A DNA stretch of 64,000 nucleotides from assembly GCA_041639635.1 (NCBI GenBank), contig JBEQBV010000001.1, forward strand, positions 2,561 through 66,560. The letters run 5' to 3'. Positions 60,784-64,000 of the stretch are shown here, one piece after another (position 1 is the first letter of the stretch; the number at the start of each line of letters is the position of its first letter). The translations under genes were made by a program, and so were the position numbers. This DNA is from Novosphingobium sp. (GTDB lineage: Bacteria > Pseudomonadota > Alphaproteobacteria > Sphingomonadales > Sphingomonadaceae). The notes below the pieces were generated by a model. The model had not been told where the DNA came from. It made no database searches and saw nothing but the letters and a program-made list of their open reading frames with translations.

Positions 60784-60803
60784 GAACAGGGGAGAGGCCA
60801 CAC

Positions 60804-61130
60804 TTGCGGATCGACAAGTTTCTGTGGTTCACTCGCTTTGCTGGCAGCCGCGGCTTAGCGCAAGACTGGGTCAGCGCCGGGCACATGCGGCTCAATGGTC
60901 GGCGCATCGAACGCTGCAGCGCGGCGGTAAAGTTGGGCGATGTTCTGGTCCTTCCCATGCGCACCCGCGTTGCCGTGATCGAGGTATTGCAGATCCCTGT
61001 TCGGCGCGGACCCGCCACCGAAGCGGCAACCTGTTACCGCCTGCTGGACTCGGCGAACTCTGGTGCAACCCACTGTGCGCTTGACGCACCGGGGGAAACG
61101 CCTCTAGCACGGCGTGAATTTGACACCTGA
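60804..61130 (+). CDS. RNA-binding S4 domain protein (Hsp15-like)
   Basis: MRIDKFLWFTRFAGSRGLAQDWVSAGHMRLNGRRIE… TTG start. Confidence 0.8.
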   Translation: MRIDKFLWFTRFAGSRGLAQDWVSAGHMRLNGRRIERCSAAVKLGDVLVLPMRTRVAVIEVLQIPVRRGPATEAATCYRLLDSANSGATHCALDAPGETPLARREFDT

Positions 61131-61145
61131 GGGATCACTTCTGCC

Positions 61146-61484
61146 ATGACCTACGTCGTCACCGACGCCTGTATCCGTTGCAAGTACATGGATTGCGTCG
61201 AGGTCTGCCCCGTGGATTGCTTCTACGAGGGTGAGAACATGCTTGTGATCAACCCCAGCGAATGCATCGATTGCGGCGTTTGTGAACCTGAATGCCCGGC
61301 CGAAGCGATTCTGCCCGATACCGAATCCGGCCTTGAACAGTGGCTCGAACTCAACACCAAATATTCCGCCGAATGGCCGAACATCACCGCCAAGCGCGAC
61401 GCTCCTGCCGACGCTGACGAGTTCAAGGGCCAGGATGGGAAGTTCGAAAAGTACTTCTCAGCCGAACCCGGCGAAGGTGACTGA
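61146..61484 (+). CDS. fdxA: 7Fe ferredoxin
   Basis: [18 protein letters not shown] and [12 protein letters not shown] cluster motifs. Confidence 0.93.
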   Translation: MTYVVTDACIRCKYMDCVEVCPVDCFYEGENMLVINPSECIDCGVCEPECPAEAILPDTESGLEQWLELNTKYSAEWPNITAKRDAPADADEFKGQDGKFEKYFSAEPGEGD

Positions 61485-61833
61485 TTCCAGCCAGTTATCG
61501 TGCCCGCCGCTCCGCCGGGCATGTGCTGGAAGGCCAGACTGAGCACGATCTGCCCCCGGATTGGTGGCAACAATTGCAATGCGCCCCGGACATGTGTGTT
61601 CAGGGGTGGTAATTTTGTTGCCGAACTGCTATGTAAAAGGCCAAGCGCCGGTTGGCTTATGCCTGTCCGGCGTCTTTTCACCACGAAACCGGCAGGACAA
61701 TACAGGTAATCGGATCGCAAGCCCTGCATGATCGTCCGCGCGGCGAACCCATGTCTGCTATAGTAATGGCCTTTCCCCCAAGGTCTTGCTTGCGCCCGCA
61801 TCACCGGCCCTGCCCGCGTCGAAAGGATTACCA

Positions 61834-62358
61834 ATGGCAGTCAAGGCTCTCGCCTTCGATGTTGGGGACTACGTCGTTTATCCAAAGCATGGTGTCGGCC
61901 GTGTGGTCGAACTTCAGGACGAAGAAATTGCCGGCATGAAGTTGCAGCTCTATGTGCTGCGCTTCGAAAAAGAACGCATGACGCTGCGTGTACCGGTCAA
62001 CAAGGTCGAAGCCATCGGCATGCGCAAGCTGTCGTCTGACAAGACGCTGCGTGAAGCGCTCGATACGCTCAAGGGCAAGCCCAAGGTAAAGCGCACCATG
62101 TGGTCGCGCCGCGCTCAGGAATACGAAGCAAAGATCAATTCGGGTGACCTTGTGTCGATTGCGGAAGTGACGCGCGATCTGTTCCGCGCCGATGATCAGC
62201 CAGAGCAGTCCTATTCCGAACGCCAGATCTTCGAAGCCGCCTCCTCGCGCCTCGCGCGCGAACTGGCCGCCATGGAAAAGACGGACGAACCGGCCGCGCT
62301 CAAGAAGATCCTCGAGATCCTCAACGAACACGCACCTAAGTATTACGAAACGGCCTGA
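61834..62358 (+). CDS. carD: CarD family transcriptional regulator
   Basis: …FDVGDYVVYPKHGVGRVVELQ… AAAGGA RBS upstream of ATG 61834. Confidence 0.92.
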   Translation: MAVKALAFDVGDYVVYPKHGVGRVVELQDEEIAGMKLQLYVLRFEKERMTLRVPVNKVEAIGMRKLSSDKTLREALDTLKGKPKVKRTMWSRRAQEYEAKINSGDLVSIAEVTRDLFRADDQPEQSYSERQIFEAASSRLARELAAMEKTDEPAALKKILEILNEHAPKYYETA

Positions 62359-62387
62359 TCCGTTTTCGCGCTACTGGCGCTGCAAAG

Positions 62388-62418
62388 AGGCCTCCGGGAA
62401 ACCGGGGGCCTTTTTTGT
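62388..62418 (+). terminator. intrinsic terminator after carD
   Basis: ggcctccgg-gaaa-ccgggggcc followed by TTTTTT. Confidence 0.8.
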
Positions 62419-62447
62419 CGGTCCGCCCAATGCAGGAAAGTGATTTC

Positions 62448-62505
62448 GCGCAGAGGCGCGGAGAAAAGAAGTAAAGAAGCTCAGCGCCTCTGCGCCTCTG
62501 CGCGG
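62448..62505. repeat. perfect 12-bp inverted repeat (gcgcagaggcgc-N24-gcgcctctgcgc) plus an adjacent tandem half-copy (ctctgcgcgg)
   Basis: Read directly from the sequence. It has an A-rich 24-nt loop and lies between the carD terminator and the next gene. Confidence 0.5.
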
Positions 62506-62626
62506 TCAATTTTCTCTTTCTTCGGCGCAACCCCAACCGACCAACGCCATCTCGCTTTCCATGAACGACGTGGCCTCACCGAGACCACCGTGTTATCTCA
62601 ACAACACAGTCAGGAGAGGTTTGATC

Positions 62627-63403
62627 ATGCTGCAGAATTTCGTTCGTGCCATTGCCGGCGTGGCCATGTTCGGCCTCGCCACCGCGCTTGCCGGGTGTGA
62701 TACTTCCAGCATGTCGTTCAACGGTGAAAAGGGCGTGCCGCTTGCCGATCTTGACACAACCGGCGCTGCGCCCACCGCCATCGCCCTGCTTGGCCCTGAC
62801 AACGTGCGGGTTGTGCGCGGAGACAAGCTGGCCATCACCGTCGAAGGCGAAGGGGCCGACAAGCTGCGCTTTGCCCTGTCCAAAGGCCAGTTGGGCATTG
62901 CGCGCGAAGGATGGAAGATCGGCCAGAAGATCAATTCCGCAACGGTCAACGTCACGCTGCCCATGCTCAGCGATGTCGTGCTGGCAGGCTCGGGTACGCT
63001 CGTCACTGACCAGATGGGCGGGCAGGAAGCCAAGATCGTGATTGCCGGCGCAGGCATGGTTGAGGCGCGCGCGATCGACACGGCCAAGCTGGATGTCGAT
63101 GTAGTCGGTTCGGGCAAGCTGCGCGCGGCAGGAAAGGCCAGGGATCTCAATCTGACTATCGCAGGCAGCGGCGATGCCGAAATGGACGGCCTCAATGCCG
63201 ATACGGCCAAAGTCGATGTGGCCGGATCGGGCAACGCCCGCTTCGCGTCCAACGGGCAGGTGAATGCCAACATCATGGGCTCGGGCGAAGTCCGCGTGTT
63301 TGGCCGGGCAACTTGCAAGGTCAGCGCAATGGGTTCGGGCAAGCTGGTCTGCGAAAACGGCGTGACGCCTGAAAGTGACGAAAGCGAAGCAGCCAAACAA
63401 TAA
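62627..63403 (+). CDS. DUF2807 (head GIN domain) lipoprotein
   Basis: Lipobox GLATALAGC, then repeated …GSG.L… beta-solenoid units (VLAGSGTLV, VVGSGKLRA, IAGSGDAEM, VAGSGNARF, IMGSGEVRV, AMGSGKLVC). AGGAGA RBS. Confidence 0.7.
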   Translation: MLQNFVRAIAGVAMFGLATALAGCDTSSMSFNGEKGVPLADLDTTGAAPTAIALLGPDNVRVVRGDKLAITVEGEGADKLRFALSKGQLGIAREGWKIGQKINSATVNVTLPMLSDVVLAGSGTLVTDQMGGQEAKIVIAGAGMVEARAIDTAKLDVDVVGSGKLRAAGKARDLNLTIAGSGDAEMDGLNADTAKVDVAGSGNARFASNGQVNANIMGSGEVRVFGRATCKVSAMGSGKLVCENGVTPESDESEAAKQ

Positions 63404-63411
63404 GACAAACA

Positions 63412-63455
63412 CTCCCCTCCCGCTTGCGGGAGGGGTTGGGGGAGGGCATGTTGCA
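63412..63455 (+). repeat. 44-bp repeat, family 2 (second copy)
   Basis: ctcccctcccgcttgcgggaggggttgggggagggcatgttgca. It begins 9 nt after the stop of the DUF2807 gene. Confidence 0.75.
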
Positions 63456-63509
63456 TACCTTCAGCAGAACGATTTACGCGCCAGCATTCCTAACGAACCG
63501 GATTGGCCG

Positions 63510-64000
63510 TCAAGCTGCGGCGCGGCGCAACCGGTCGTTGATTGCCGAGCCAATGCCCTCATCGGGAATCGGCGCAACTGCAATCCGTGCTTCAGGCGCA
63601 TCTGCTGCCAGATGCAGGCAGGCATAGAGCCGCGCAGCCGCCTCGGCCACGTCTCCCGATGGTGAAAGCGAAATATTCCCAACAACCGCGCCAAACCCGA
63701 TCAGGAACTCTCCGTCATGGGCAGCCGAAGCGTTCAGCCGCACCGGCTTGCCTGGAGCATAGTGGCTAGCCAGTTGTCCCGGCGCTTCGATCCGCGCGGA
63801 ATGCACCACAGTGCTGCCTTGGCCCAACACCGCTGCAATCTCCGCCTCGGCAATCGGTCCGGGCCTCAGCAGCGCCCATGTCCCGTCATCGCGCAGGCCT
63901 ACGATGGTCGATTCGATTCCGCGCTCGGTTTCGCCCCCGTCGAGAATCAGGTCCACTCTATCGCCCAGCGATGCTGCGACATGTGCGGCGCTGGTCGGAC
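63510..64000 (-). CDS. L-threonylcarbamoyladenylate synthase (Sua5/YrdC family), 5' part outside the window
   Basis: …VDLILDGGETERGIESTIVGL… (end of the YrdC domain) followed by a Sua5 C-terminal domain. The frame stays open to position 64000. Confidence 0.85.
   Translation of the reverse strand, partial: PTSAAHVAASLGDRVDLILDGGETERGIESTIVGLRDDGTWALLRPGPIAEAEIAAVLGQGSTVVHSARIEAPGQLASHYAPGKPVRLNASAAHDGEFLIGFGAVVGNISLSPSGDVAEAAARLYACLHLAADAPEARIAVAPIPDEGIGSAINDRLRRAAA

Noticed and set aside
62576-63456. Two overlapping minus-strand ORFs (278 and 287 aa) opposite the DUF2807 gene
   Set aside because: The plus-strand frame has a lipobox, an RBS and a regular GSG beta-solenoid repeat. The antisense frames have none of these.
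63424-63627. 67-aa ORF starting at the SD-like gggggagggc-ATG inside repeat family 2
   Set aside because: The start signal is part of a dispersed repeat. The ORF overlaps the 3' end of the convergent Sua5-like gene. The other repeat copy (56669) is not followed by a comparable ORF.

Overview
High-GC alphaproteobacterial chromosomal segment. The protein set and REP-type repeats look Sphingomonadales-like, which is an inference. I support about 60 protein-coding genes. I saw no rRNA, tRNA, CRISPR array, transposase or integrase. Most of the window is core housekeeping: proA-nadD, clpA, ftsH-tilS-ybgF, ptsP, hemB, nadA, lipB, rpe, purH, hpf-ptsN, dnaQ-coaE-aroE-maf-DUF299, hemE, hemJ, rho, fdxA and carD. 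Three things stand out. (1) At 36.5-42.6 kb there is a compact cluster around a myo-inositol-1-phosphate synthase gene. It holds two NTP(cytidylyl)transferase-like genes, two intact CDP-alcohol phosphotransferase membrane proteins and a HAD phosphatase. It is flanked by a PmtA-like methyltransferase and an MFS transporter. This is the full enzyme set of a CDP-inositol head-group pathway whose product in this lineage is not obvious, and it is my best candidate for an undescribed system. (2) The 333-bp hemE / DUF299(RP001-type) intergenic region at 54.25-54.58 kb is syntenic with the Caulobacter/Rickettsia origin. It carries a cluster of TGTGGA-type DnaA-box-like motifs, five GANTC sites and an AT-rich tract, and it coincides with a gene-strand switch, so it is a candidate oriC. 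(3) There are several smaller oddities. tilS has its PP-loop upstream of every ATG/GTG/TTG. An M23 peptidase overlaps a bactofilin gene. There are two small repeat families, a 13-bp tandem repeat and several orphan palindromes. Many long ORFs in the six-frame track are antisense artefacts of the high GC content and were rejected.
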